Assembly: GCA_028718985.1 (NCBI GenBank)
Contig: JAQUKQ010000006.1
Coordinates: 10,061 to 42,060 of the forward strand
DNA: 32,000 nt
Direction: 5' to 3'
From: Desulfobulbaceae bacterium
Lineage (GTDB): Bacteria > Desulfobacterota > Desulfobulbia > Desulfobulbales > VMSU01
The notes below the pieces were generated by a model, which had not been told where the DNA came from, ran no database searches, and worked only from the letters and a program-made list of their open reading frames with translations. Numbering within the stretch: the stretch's first letter is position 1; every line of letters starts with the position of its first letter. A program made the position numbers and the translations under genes. Of this stretch, positions 21,956-31,295 are shown in pieces.

Positions 21956-23356
21956 CTAGTCTATCTCGTATTTTTTAATTTTATAACGAATCGAGCGGAA
22001 ACTGACCTGTAGGAGTTCCGCTGCCTTCATCTTGGAACCATCGGCCTGCCGCAGTGCCTGGGAGATCAACTTCTTCTCCAAGCAGGCAACGGCGTCATCG
22101 AGGCCCATGGCAAAGTAACCATCATGGTTGACAGAGGGGTCTTCCATAGAGGGGGGTATCTTTTTCCGCTTATGGGCAGCAAGGGTCAGGCTCTCGGGCA
22201 GGATGATATTGGAGTTTTCGAGCGCCACGCCGCGCTCGATAATGTTCTCAAGCTCTCGGACGTTCCCTGGAAAATCGTACTCCAGCAACACCTCCATAGC
22301 GTAGGAGGAGAGGGCTGTGACCTCTTTGCCGAAGAGGGCCGAATATTTCTTGAGAAAGTGGTCGACCAAGAGCGGCACGTCACCCTTACGCTCACGGAGA
22401 GGCGGTACGCGGAGCGGCACAACCGCCAATCGGTAGAAGAGATCCTCGCGAAATCGCTTGGCAATGACCTCTTCCTCCAAATCCCGGTTGCTGGCAGAGA
22501 TGATGCGGACGTTGGCCTTGATTGTCTCATTACTGCCAACCGGTTTGAACTCCCGCTCCTGAATAATACGTAGTAGTTTGGTCTGGATCAACGGGGTCAG
22601 TTCCCCAACCTCGTCGAGAAAGATACTGCCGTTGTTGGCCTCGGCAAAGAGCCCGGTTTTGGTGGCCAATGCCCCGGTAAAGGCCCCTTTGACGTGGCCA
22701 AAGACTTCACTCTCGAAGAGGCTCTCTGGGATAGCGTTGCAGACGATGGGTACAAATTTGTGGGAGGCGGCTTTGCTCAGATTGTGGATGGCCTGGGCTA
22801 CCAGTTCCTTACCGGTACCGGATTCTCCTTGGATGAGGACATTGGCGTGGGTCGGGGCAATGCGGCTGATCAGGTCGAATATTTTTTTCATCTCCGGACT
22901 TTGACCGATAATCCCCTGGAAATTATTGCTGTCACCAATCGCTCTGGTTTGGGCCGATGAGAGCGGCTGTGATGCCGCATCACAGCTGTGCAAGGCGTTA
23001 TTGATAATCGCCTTGATCTCGGCGACATTGAAAGGCTTGGTGATATAGTCAAAGGCCCCGCCCTTCATTGCTCGGACGGCGTCTTCTGGAGAGGCATAGG
23101 CAGTAATCAGGATGAGTGGGGTTTGCAGGCCGAGAGAACGGATCTGCTCGAGGAAACTGAGGCCGCTTCCGCCGGGCATCTTGATGTCTGAGATGATCAG
23201 GTCGACCGATTCTTGCTGCAGAATAGAGAGCGCGGTAGAGGTGTTGGCAGCAGTTAGGGCCGCATACCCCTCCTTCTCGAGTAGAATTTGCAGAAACTCC
23301 CGCATGCTGAGCTCATCATCAACTACGAGAAGTCTTTTGCGGTCGGGGAGTTCCAC
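21956..23356 (-). CDS. Sigma54-dependent response regulator (PilR/NtrC type)
   Basis: REC domain LLVVDDELSMREFLQ, AAA+ GESGTGKELVAQAIH, GAFTGA motif, C-terminal Fis-type HTH KMKAAELLQVSFRSIRYKIKKY. Confidence 0.95.
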   Translation of the reverse strand: MELPDRKRLLVVDDELSMREFLQILLEKEGYAALTAANTSTALSILQQESVDLIISDIKMPGGSGLSFLEQIRSLGLQTPLILITAYASPEDAVRAMKGGAFDYITKPFNVAEIKAIINNALHSCDAASQPLSSAQTRAIGDSNNFQGIIGQSPEMKKIFDLISRIAPTHANVLIQGESGTGKELVAQAIHNLSKAASHKFVPIVCNAIPESLFESEVFGHVKGAFTGALATKTGLFAEANNGSIFLDEVGELTPLIQTKLLRIIQEREFKPVGSNETIKANVRIISASNRDLEEEVIAKRFREDLFYRLAVVPLRVPPLRERKGDVPLLVDHFLKKYSALFGKEVTALSSYAMEVLLEYDFPGNVRELENIIERGVALENSNIILPESLTLAAHKRKKIPPSMEDPSVNHDGYFAMGLDDAVACLEKKLISQALRQADGSKMKAAELLQVSFRSIRYKIKKYEID

Positions 23357-23378
23357 GTTACATCACCTGGATTGGGAA

Positions 23379-24941
23379 TCAATCTGGTTGCTTGTTTGCA
23401 AGATAGTGTTCCGTAATCGATTGAACCATGGTGGCAATCGAATAGCATTCTGAGGGTTGAACATCAATAGTCAAGCCTTTCTTGATTATTGCCTTGCCGG
23501 TAACCGGTCCGATGGAGGCGATTTTTACCCCTTGCAGTAACTGCCGCATCTCTGCGTCATCTTTTGGATTCAGCATATAGATGAAGTTGGTAAACGTCGA
23601 GGAACTGGTGAAGGTAACCATGTCGATGGCATGGTCGATAAACTCTTGGCGTAAGGCTGCTTCCCGGCCCTTGGGGCGGATATTTTGGTAGACTGGCGCT
23701 ACCGTCACCTCGGCGCCTGCTTGGCGAAGGATGTCCGGCAGCGCTTCATTGGCTTTGAGCGCTCTAGGCAGGAGAAAGCGAGACGTGCCAGCTCCTTGCT
23801 TGATCAAGGTCTCTGCCAGCCCTTCGCCGGTAAACTCTTTGCTGGGCAACAGATCTGCCTTAAGTCCGTACTTCTGCAGCTCAGCCGCTGTGGCAACGCC
23901 AACGGCCGCAATCTTGATGTTGCATAGAGTCCTTGCGTCCATTTGTCGGGCAAAGAGCCGTTGGAAGAAGAATTGGATGGCATTGATGCTGGTAAAGAGC
24001 AGCCAGTCGAAGCGGCTGATGGTGTCGACTGCCAGGTCGATTTCGTCCCAGGTGTCGGGCGGTTCGAGGGCGATGGTGGCGAATTCGACGCAGTCCGCTC
24101 CTAACTCTTCGAGTTGCAGCACGAGATCGCTTGCTTGATCGCGTGTACGTGTCACCATGATCCGTTTGCCAAGCAGAGGCTTTTTTTCGAACCAGTTCAT
24201 CGTCTCTCTGAGTTTGACGACCTCACCGACGATAATCAGGGCTGGTGGCTTAATGTTGGCACTGTTCACCACATCAACAATCGTGGCGAGAGTTCCGGTC
24301 ACCGTGCGGTGCTCTGGGGTTGAAGCCCAGCGGATTACCGCCACCGGCGTCTCTGGGGCACGGCCATAGCGGATCAACCGTTCGGTGATGTTGGGTAAAT
24401 TTTTGATGCCCATGTAGAAAACAATGGTGCCAATGCCGGTAGACAGTTTTTCCCAGTCGATCGAACTCTCCTGCTTGTTCGGGTCTTCATGACCGGTGAC
24501 AAAAGCCACGGTTGCTGTGTAGTGGCGATGGGTAATGGGAATGCCAGCGTAGGTCGCGGCGGCACTGGCGGCAGTAACGCCGGGGACAATTTCGAACTCG
24601 ACGCCATGCTTGGCCAACTCCTCAATCTCTTCACCTCCTCGACCAAAGATAAAGGGGTCGCCACCCTTCAAACGAACGACTCTCTTGCCTGTCATGGCCT
24701 GGTCTACCAGGATTTGATTGATCCCCTCCTGGGTCTCGGCATGAATGCCGCCCCCTTTTTTGCCGACATAGATCAATTCGGCGTCAGCCGGGACATGGTT
24801 CAGTAATTTTATATTGGCCAGGTAATCATAGACCACAACTTCAGCCCGTTCGAGAAGCTGTTTGCCTTTAACGGTAATCAGGCCGGGATCTCCTGGGCCT
24901 GCTCCCACCAAATAGACCTTGCCGATTTTACTATTTTTCAC
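23379..24941 (-). CDS. cobA-hemD: Bifunctional uroporphyrinogen-III C-methyltransferase / uroporphyrinogen-III synthase
   Basis: N-terminal SUMT: VYLVGAGPGDPGLITVKG, RLKGGDPFIFGRGGEE, GVTAASAAATYAGIPITHR. C-terminal HemD-like domain from about residue 255 (KRIMVTRTRDQASDLVLQLEELGA). Confidence 0.93.
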   Translation of the reverse strand: MKNSKIGKVYLVGAGPGDPGLITVKGKQLLERAEVVVYDYLANIKLLNHVPADAELIYVGKKGGGIHAETQEGINQILVDQAMTGKRVVRLKGGDPFIFGRGGEEIEELAKHGVEFEIVPGVTAASAAATYAGIPITHRHYTATVAFVTGHEDPNKQESSIDWEKLSTGIGTIVFYMGIKNLPNITERLIRYGRAPETPVAVIRWASTPEHRTVTGTLATIVDVVNSANIKPPALIIVGEVVKLRETMNWFEKKPLLGKRIMVTRTRDQASDLVLQLEELGADCVEFATIALEPPDTWDEIDLAVDTISRFDWLLFTSINAIQFFFQRLFARQMDARTLCNIKIAAVGVATAAELQKYGLKADLLPSKEFTGEGLAETLIKQGAGTSRFLLPRALKANEALPDILRQAGAEVTVAPVYQNIRPKGREAALRQEFIDHAIDMVTFTSSSTFTNFIYMLNPKDDAEMRQLLQGVKIASIGPVTGKAIIKKGLTIDVQPSECYSIATMVQSITEHYLANKQPD

Positions 24942-25011
24942 GAATATTCCTTAACTTCAAAATTACTTGGTTGATGGTATCTGGACTTGACTCATGCGTC
25001 TCAAGACGAGT

Positions 25012-25041
25012 CAGGCCGAACTCCAGTTGGAATTCGGCCTG
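25012..25041. other. Near-perfect hairpin between hemC and cobA-hemD
   Basis: caggccgaactcc (25012-25024) / ggaattcggcctg (25029-25041): 12 of 13 positions complementary, 4-nt loop; no T-tract. Confidence 0.6.
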
Positions 25042-25136
25042 CAAGAGTACGGTAGCAACGTATGTTGGCACGATATCTCGTGACCTTTATGTCTGATGCA
25101 TATCAAACAAGCGAGGCGCACTGCATTGCGATGTCG

Positions 25137-26072
25137 TTATGCTATTTCCTGGCCGTATACCTCTTCGAGGATGGCTTTGGCACCCATGGCGAGTAGCTCT
25201 TCGGCAAGATTTCGTCCCAAGGTTTCTGGCTGATCGGCCGGGCCGCAGGCTGATTTTTTGATCACCTCTTTCCCGTCTATCGAGGCGACGAGGCCGGTCA
25301 AGGTCAGCTGATCTTTGTCGTCAATCGTGCAGAAGCCTGCGATAGGCACTTGGCAACCACCTTCCAAGCGCAGGAGAAAGGCTCGCTCGGCCTGGACAGT
25401 GACCTTAGTGGCTCGGTGGTCGAGGAAACTGAGGCCGGCCAAAAGCTCCTTGGCGTCACGACGCATCTCGATACCGACAGCACCCTGCCCAACGGCGGGC
25501 AACATCTCAAGAGCCGAGAAATACGAGCTTGCCCGGTCGAGTTTTAAGCGATTCAAGCCCGCTGCCGCCAAGATGATGGCATCGTACTGACCCTCATCGA
25601 GTTTGCGTAAACGGGTGTCGAGGTTGCCGCGCAGATCTTCGATAATCAGATCAGGACGAACCTTGGCGAGCTGTGCCCGTCGGCGCAGGCTGCTGGTGCC
25701 GATCTTGGCACCGTGCGGCAGTTCTGCCAATGTCTTGTACTTGACAGAGATCAGGGCATCTCTGGGATCTTCACGTTTGGTGACGAGTGCCAGGTGCAGC
25801 TCGTCGGGCAGTTCTGCCGGGACGTCCTTCATGGAGTGGACGGCCATGTCGACCTCTTTGTTCAGCATCGCCTCTTCCAGCTCTTTGACAAAAAGGCCCT
25901 TGCCGCCAACCTTGGCCAGGGGGACATCGAGGATTTTATCGCCCTTGGTCATAATTTTGACCAGCTCAACAGTGACGTCAGGGTATTGAGCTTCGATCTG
26001 GGCTTTGATGCCATTGCTCTGGGCTAAGGCGAGGAGGCTCTTTCTAGTGCCGATTTTAATAAGCTTTTGCAT
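25137..26072 (-). CDS. hemC: Porphobilinogen deaminase (hydroxymethylbilane synthase)
   Basis: IGTRKSLLALAQSN, HSMKDVPAELP, GTSSLRRRAQL, LEGGCQVPIAGF (cofactor Cys). Confidence 0.97.
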   Translation of the reverse strand: MQKLIKIGTRKSLLALAQSNGIKAQIEAQYPDVTVELVKIMTKGDKILDVPLAKVGGKGLFVKELEEAMLNKEVDMAVHSMKDVPAELPDELHLALVTKREDPRDALISVKYKTLAELPHGAKIGTSSLRRRAQLAKVRPDLIIEDLRGNLDTRLRKLDEGQYDAIILAAAGLNRLKLDRASSYFSALEMLPAVGQGAVGIEMRRDAKELLAGLSFLDHRATKVTVQAERAFLLRLEGGCQVPIAGFCTIDDKDQLTLTGLVASIDGKEVIKKSACGPADQPETLGRNLAEELLAMGAKAILEEVYGQEIA

Positions 26073-26255
26073 GCATGATTCCTTTTTAAATGGCTCAATC
26101 TTGATGGTGGTGCCGACGAGCGTAGACCTCTCAATGCCCGCTCTATCGCATTGTTGTGCGTGGGGTAATCTGTTGTGGATGCAACGAATAAATAAATGTA
26201 CCAGTTTTAAAAGCAGTTCTCAACGGAATAAAGCCGTTCTCGTTCAGAGTTGTAA

Positions 26256-26471
26256 TTAGTGGCAAGTCCCGCAAGAGCCACCGGCACAGCCCGAACATTT
26301 CGAACTGGAAGCAACCCCCGCCTCTTTCGCGCCACCGCGAACGGAGAAGCCAGACATCAATCTGTCGAGGTCATGGCTTGCGCAAAGTGGGCATTGTGCA
26401 AGCTCCTTTCCCAGCTGCAACAGTTCAAATTCGTGGTTGCATTGTTGACATCGGTAATCGTATAAAGGCAT
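26256..26471 (-). CDS. FmdB-family zinc ribbon protein
   Basis: MPLYDYRCQQCNHEFELLQ...CPLCASHDLDRLMS plus Cys-rich tail CSGCAGGSCGTCH. Confidence 0.88.
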   Translation of the reverse strand: MPLYDYRCQQCNHEFELLQLGKELAQCPLCASHDLDRLMSGFSVRGGAKEAGVASSSKCSGCAGGSCGTCH

Positions 26472-26476
26472 GGTGT

Positions 26477-27442
26477 TTATGTGCTCACATTCGTGCCAGT
26501 TGCCAGTTCATCGAGCAGTGCCGCCGCCAGGAGTGGGATCATCAGCTCGTGATGGCCGGTGATAGAGAAGCCCTTGCCGCCGCCTGTTGTCGGTCGGTTG
26601 ACGACGTTAGTCTGCGGGCGGTAGTGGCGGATGAAATCAAAGTTCGCGGTGGTGAAACATTGGACCTTATGGCCCAAATTACGGACGACAGTCAGGGCCT
26701 TCAAAAAAACCTCAGGGAGTAAGACAGCCGAGCCAAGGTTGAGGTAGGCTCCTCCCTCCAGGTCGGCCACCATGCCGCAGAAGAGTCTGAAATCGTGATG
26801 GCTGCCGGCACCAATTGCGGCACCGTTGGCTGAGGGGTGAATGTGGACAATGTCAGTGCCGATTGCCACATGGACCGTGACCGGCACCTTGAGGCGGCGG
26901 GCTGAGGCAACGAGACTCATGCCACAAAAAGGAAAATCGCCTGTCAACAGGGCATCTCCCAAAGACTCGCCAATTCCTCGCTCTCTTTCCAGCCCGCGAT
27001 TGATAGCGCCATTGATGAACTCTCCTGTCTCTTTGGCCGCTCCAAAGGCACCGTCACCCAGGACTTGATCGACGTCCTCTGATGTTCTGCCTGCCATGGC
27101 AATCTCTGTGTCATGGACGATACCGGCTCCGTTCAAAGCGATACCGGTCACGATTCCACGTTCCATCAAATCGATGAGGATGGGGTTTAGGCCGACTTTG
27201 ATGACATGGGCACCCATGCCAATGATGATCGGTCGTCGCTGACGGTGGCAGTTGGCCAGGCGAGTAACAAGCTCGGGGAAGTCTTTGCCCATCAACTGTT
27301 GTGGGAGGGACGTCAGTAATTGTCGGACACTCCAGCCAGCCTTTGGGGCCTTGGCGAAATCCTGCACAGTGACCTTGCTGCTCCGGTCATGAAGGGAGTA
27401 GGTTGATAGCGCCGAGAAATCGATGGGCCGATAGTTTGTCAT
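26477..27442 (-). CDS. Conserved protein, possibly deoxyhypusine-synthase-like
   Basis: Rossmann-like segments PIIIGMGAHVIKVGLNPILIDLMERGIVTGIALNGAGIVHD and VAIGTDIVHIHPSANG. 4-nt overlap with gmhA supports the reading frame; family assignment is from memory of the motif pattern only. Confidence 0.5.
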   Translation of the reverse strand: MTNYRPIDFSALSTYSLHDRSSKVTVQDFAKAPKAGWSVRQLLTSLPQQLMGKDFPELVTRLANCHRQRRPIIIGMGAHVIKVGLNPILIDLMERGIVTGIALNGAGIVHDTEIAMAGRTSEDVDQVLGDGAFGAAKETGEFINGAINRGLERERGIGESLGDALLTGDFPFCGMSLVASARRLKVPVTVHVAIGTDIVHIHPSANGAAIGAGSHHDFRLFCGMVADLEGGAYLNLGSAVLLPEVFLKALTVVRNLGHKVQCFTTANFDFIRHYRPQTNVVNRPTTGGGKGFSITGHHELMIPLLAAALLDELATGTNVST

Positions 27443-28020
27443 CGAACTGAGGCTCCGAACATGGTCTCGTCGACCAGTTGACAGATAAGGTGTTCCGCCC
27501 AGAGGTGGGTCTCTTGGATGTGTGGGGTGAAGAAACAGGGGACGTTTAAGCCTATATCGGCCATGGGCAAGAGCTTGCCGCCGCTACCGCCAGTCAGGAC
27601 TGCGGTGGTCAATCCCATGGCTCTAGCTTGTTCGATGGCCTTGATGACATTTGGGGAGTTGCCGCTGGTTGATATGCCAAGGGCGATGTCGCCCGCCTGG
27701 CCTAAGGCTTGGATCTGCTTGATGAAGATATCGTTGAAAGAAAAATCATTGCCGATACTGGTCAAGATTGAAGAGTCGGTGGTCAAGGCGATAGCGGGTA
27801 ATGGCCGTCGATCGATCAAAAAACGATTGACGAATTCTGCGGCCATATGCTGGGCATCGGCAGCACTGCCGCCATTGCCGAAGATTAAAAGCTTGTTGCC
27901 GTTCCGAAACGCTTCAACCAGGGTTTTAACTAAACGGCACAGCTCAACACTGCAGGCGGCGGCAAAATCCTGCTTAGCTTTGATTGACCCTAAAAGTCCG
28001 GCGTTGATTTGTTCTTGCAT
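27439..28020 (-). CDS. gmhA: SIS-domain phosphoheptose isomerase
   Basis: LLIFGNGGSAADAQHMAAEFVNRF...RRPLPAIALTTDSSILTSIGND...ALGISTSGNSPNV...ETHLWAEHLICQLVDE. Confidence 0.93.
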   Translation of the reverse strand: MQEQINAGLLGSIKAKQDFAAACSVELCRLVKTLVEAFRNGNKLLIFGNGGSAADAQHMAAEFVNRFLIDRRPLPAIALTTDSSILTSIGNDFSFNDIFIKQIQALGQAGDIALGISTSGNSPNVIKAIEQARAMGLTTAVLTGGSGGKLLPMADIGLNVPCFFTPHIQETHLWAEHLICQLVDETMFGASVR

Positions 28021-28321
28021 TCTCGTCTATTCCTTGCTATCAGGCTCGTTTGCCTTGTTGTCCGTTGCATAAAGAAAGTCAAACGGCAGGGGGGGAAATC
28101 GAACAACTTTACGGCTTCTTTGTAATGAGCCAAACTTTTATTCCAGCCACCAATCTTTGTCAAGGGATGCCTTTCTTGGCATACGCATATTTCTTTTGCA
28201 TTCGCGATCTTTTTTTTGATAGAGTGTACAGGAAAGTGGTTTTGCTGATCTCAGCAACTCCACGGGAACGACGAACAGGAAACGCCAACAGGCATTGAAA
28301 CAGGGCAAAGCGGAGACCGCC

Positions 28322-28837
28322 ATGCAGGAAACAGATCATTTAAGAAATAACGAAAAAGTGTTGCGCATCTTGCGAGAGATCGATCAATTTACCACCTTTT
28401 CCAGTGAAGACATCCTCTCTTTTCTCGAGGCCGGAAAGCTCCTTGAGTATGAAAAAAACGAAGATATCCTGATCGAAGGGCAAAATGGCTTCCATGTCTA
28501 CTTCTTGCTGGCAGGGGAGGTGAGAATCACCAAAGATGGCAAGGAGGTCAAGACGTTACGACGTACCGGCGAACTTTTTGGTGAGATGGGCTTCATGGAA
28601 GGGGCTACGAAAGCGGCATCAGTAACCGCTCTGCAGAAGACCCTGGTCTTGCGGTTGGACAGTGCAATCATCGGCAAAAATCCAGATGCCAAGGAACTTG
28701 CCTTGGGGTACACGATTTATCGCCTTTTTTGTGAGGTCCTGGCCGATCGTCTTCGGGTAACCACTGAGGAGAATGTGAAGCTCAAAAAAGAAATTAAGAA
28801 GCTGGCCGCTAAAGTTACCACCAAAAAGGCCTCTTGA
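28322..28837 (+). CDS. Cyclic-nucleotide-binding domain protein without HTH
   Basis: cNMP fold: LLEYEKNEDILIEGQNGFHVYFLLAGEVRITKDGKEVKTLRRTGELFGEMGFMEGATKAASVTAL. No HTH in the C-terminal tail. ATG at 28322 preceded by ggag; an upstream ATG exists at 28295. Confidence 0.83.
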   Translation: MQETDHLRNNEKVLRILREIDQFTTFSSEDILSFLEAGKLLEYEKNEDILIEGQNGFHVYFLLAGEVRITKDGKEVKTLRRTGELFGEMGFMEGATKAASVTALQKTLVLRLDSAIIGKNPDAKELALGYTIYRLFCEVLADRLRVTTEENVKLKKEIKKLAAKVTTKKAS

Positions 28838-28907
28838 AACGAGCAGGAGCTCTTTGCTCGCCCTTTTTCCCCCAGTCACGTTTACTGCACTTGTCCTTTT
28901 AACCGTA

Positions 28908-29651
28908 ATGTCTGCTTCGTTTTTCTGTGTTGTCTTGGTCGAACCCCAAGGGCCGCTCAATATCGGCTCGGTTTGCCGGGCTATGGCGAATTTTGGGTTT
29001 GATGATCTGCGACTGGTCAATCCTCAAACAGATCACTTAAGCGATGAGGCACGGCGGATGGCAGTCAAGGCCACCCCGCTGCTGGAAAAGGCCAGGGCTT
29101 TTTCGACACTGGCTCAAGCCTTGGCCGATTGCCATTTTTCGATGGCTTCGACGCGACGCTTGGGGAGTTACCGGGAAGATTTTTATTATCCTGATCAAGC
29201 CGCCCAGGTATTGCTGCCGCTCAGTGCTCAAGGCCGAGTCGCCTTAGTGTTCGGCCGTGAGGATCATGGCCTGTTCAACAGTGAGCTGGATCTCTGCCAG
29301 CGACTCATTACTATCCCAACTGCCGAGGCGTTGCGGTCCATGAATCTGGCCCAAGCGGTCACTCTCTGTCTCTATGAGATCTTCAAGGCCAGACACGGTT
29401 CCATCAATCAGATTCCGGCCAAGAAGCTGGCAACTTCCGAGAAATTGGAAGCCATGCTCCTACATATGCAGCAGTGCATGGCAGATGTTAAATATCTCAA
29501 TCTGCAGAATCCTGAGCATATCGTTCGCACCTATCGGCATATCTTTGGGCGTGCCCAATTGGATGAACGGGAGGTAAGAACGCTGCAGGGATTGTGGAGC
29601 CATATCGAGTGGCTTAAAGGGAAAATCGACACCACGGCATCTGAAGCATGA
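28908..29651 (+). CDS. TrmH-family RNA methyltransferase, group 1 (TrmJ-like)
   Basis: SPOUT motifs VVLVEPQGPLNIGSVCRAMANFG, LVFGREDHGLFNSEL, SLNLAQAV-like SMNLAQAVTLCLYE. Start placed at MSASFF rather than 28854. Confidence 0.88.
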   Translation: MSASFFCVVLVEPQGPLNIGSVCRAMANFGFDDLRLVNPQTDHLSDEARRMAVKATPLLEKARAFSTLAQALADCHFSMASTRRLGSYREDFYYPDQAAQVLLPLSAQGRVALVFGREDHGLFNSELDLCQRLITIPTAEALRSMNLAQAVTLCLYEIFKARHGSINQIPAKKLATSEKLEAMLLHMQQCMADVKYLNLQNPEHIVRTYRHIFGRAQLDEREVRTLQGLWSHIEWLKGKIDTTASEA

Positions 29652-29693
29652 TGGAATTATTTGCTATTTTAAACATGACAACTATTTTGCCGA

Positions 29694-31238
29694 ATGAAAA
29701 TTAACGCTAAACTTGTTGCCAGCTTCGGCACAGTCCTGGTAACCACCCTAGTTGTTTTTGGTAGAATTAGCTATAGCACCTTCACCGAAAGTGCTCATAT
29801 GGCTTCTGATAAAATTATTTCACTGCAAAGTAGTGAGATAATTTATCACACCACCAAGTCGCTACGGAAAGAGGTAGGTAATATTGAGCAGCAGCTTTCC
29901 CTCTATATGCAGGTTAATGCCTGTAGCCTTGGGTCGGATAAGGAGAGCAAGGATCTTCTCGAGGGGTTTGCTAAGCACGATCCGTTGTTTCGCTCAATTA
30001 GTCTATCTCCGCGCCGTGGGAATTTGCCCCCTCCCGAGTTTCAAACCTGGATGGACGAGTTCGAGGCGAATCATTTTGAACCGTTCTTGACCCGCAGGGG
30101 AGACGATCTTCTTCTGCTTTGGCCTACTCAGACCCCGCAGGGGGCGGCTTTTTTTGTCATTACGCTTGACCCTGCCTACTTCGCCGCAAAACTAAGTTCC
30201 TCGATGACCAATAGTGGCTATTTGAATGTTAGTGGAGCTGCCATTGTGTTGACCAGCCATGGAAAACCTCTTCTTGAACCAGTGTTGCAGGATCCCCAAA
30301 AGACCCTGGCGAGAGATATCCTCACCGGTGTCGATATTGATGCTCTGGCTGAGCATGTTGAAGATAAAGGGGAGTATTTTATCTATCGACCAGCAGATAC
30401 TCTTTTTGATGCTGATTTGACGATGGTAGTTCCTAAAAAATTTAATCAGGACAATTTGGTTAAATTGAAAAATAGGATCCTGGCCGCGATGTTAATTGTT
30501 GCCTGGATCTCGGTTTGGATCATGTTGGTTATCGCCTACAGAATTTCCAGTCCGATCAGAAAGCTGTCAAAGATCACCAAGGATATTATTGAGTTTAATT
30601 ACACAACCGAGATGGAGATTCCTCCGTCGAATGATGAGATTGGCGAGTTGGCTGAAAATTTCGAGAACATGCGGCAAAAGATCAAGACCTTGGTGACTGA
30701 GGACCCATTGACTCAGGTCTATAATCGCCGTTTCGTGATGCATCTTTTTGATTTGGCGGTTCTGAAAGCAAGCGCCAGCAATACTCCGCTTTGCTGTATT
30801 ATGATGGATATTGATTTCTTTAAAAAGGTTAACGATACGTATGGGCATCAGGGTGGGGATGCTGTCTTGATGGCTGTCGGGAAAGTTTTGAAGGAGATCT
30901 CGAGGGATTACGACACACCCGCCCGGTATGGCGGCGAAGAGTTTCTCTGTCTTCTGCCTGAGACGACGCTACCGGACGCAGTTGCTATTGCGGAGAGGAT
31001 TCGTATGGCGGTCAAGGGTCTTACCGTCGTTTTTGGAGAGATCGAGCTGCGCTGTACCGTCAGTCTTGGTGTCGCGGAGTACGTCGTAGGGAGGGCCGAG
31101 AGTACGGACGAAATCATTCGTGATGCCGACAACGCGCTCTATCAAGCCAAGGAGAACGGTAGAGATCAGGTCGTGGTCTGCCGTCAAGAACCGAACGCGG
31201 TGGTCTGTCCAGCAGGGGAGGAAGGGGCAACGGTCTAA
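29694..31238 (+). CDS. Membrane diguanylate cyclase with periplasmic sensor, HAMP-like linker and GGDEF domain
   Basis: Two TM segments, RISSPIRKLSKITKDI HAMP, DIDFFKKVNDTYGHQGGD, RDYDTPARYGGEEF (active GGEEF with upstream RxxD I-site). Confidence 0.93.
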   Translation: MKINAKLVASFGTVLVTTLVVFGRISYSTFTESAHMASDKIISLQSSEIIYHTTKSLRKEVGNIEQQLSLYMQVNACSLGSDKESKDLLEGFAKHDPLFRSISLSPRRGNLPPPEFQTWMDEFEANHFEPFLTRRGDDLLLLWPTQTPQGAAFFVITLDPAYFAAKLSSSMTNSGYLNVSGAAIVLTSHGKPLLEPVLQDPQKTLARDILTGVDIDALAEHVEDKGEYFIYRPADTLFDADLTMVVPKKFNQDNLVKLKNRILAAMLIVAWISVWIMLVIAYRISSPIRKLSKITKDIIEFNYTTEMEIPPSNDEIGELAENFENMRQKIKTLVTEDPLTQVYNRRFVMHLFDLAVLKASASNTPLCCIMMDIDFFKKVNDTYGHQGGDAVLMAVGKVLKEISRDYDTPARYGGEEFLCLLPETTLPDAVAIAERIRMAVKGLTVVFGEIELRCTVSLGVAEYVVGRAESTDEIIRDADNALYQAKENGRDQVVVCRQEPNAVVCPAGEEGATV

Positions 31239-31295
31239 GGCGGGCTGTTGAATGAGGTGTTCAGTGTATGTTTTTTAGACGAGCAGAGGAAAGCT

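Noticed and set aside
22124-22573. 149-aa plus-strand ORF
   Set aside because: Antisense to the conserved AAA+ region of the sigma54 regulator.
28840-28860. Short stem cgagca/tgctcg after the cNMP protein as terminator
   Set aside because: Only a 6-bp stem with a 9-nt loop and a mixed C/T tail; too weak to call.
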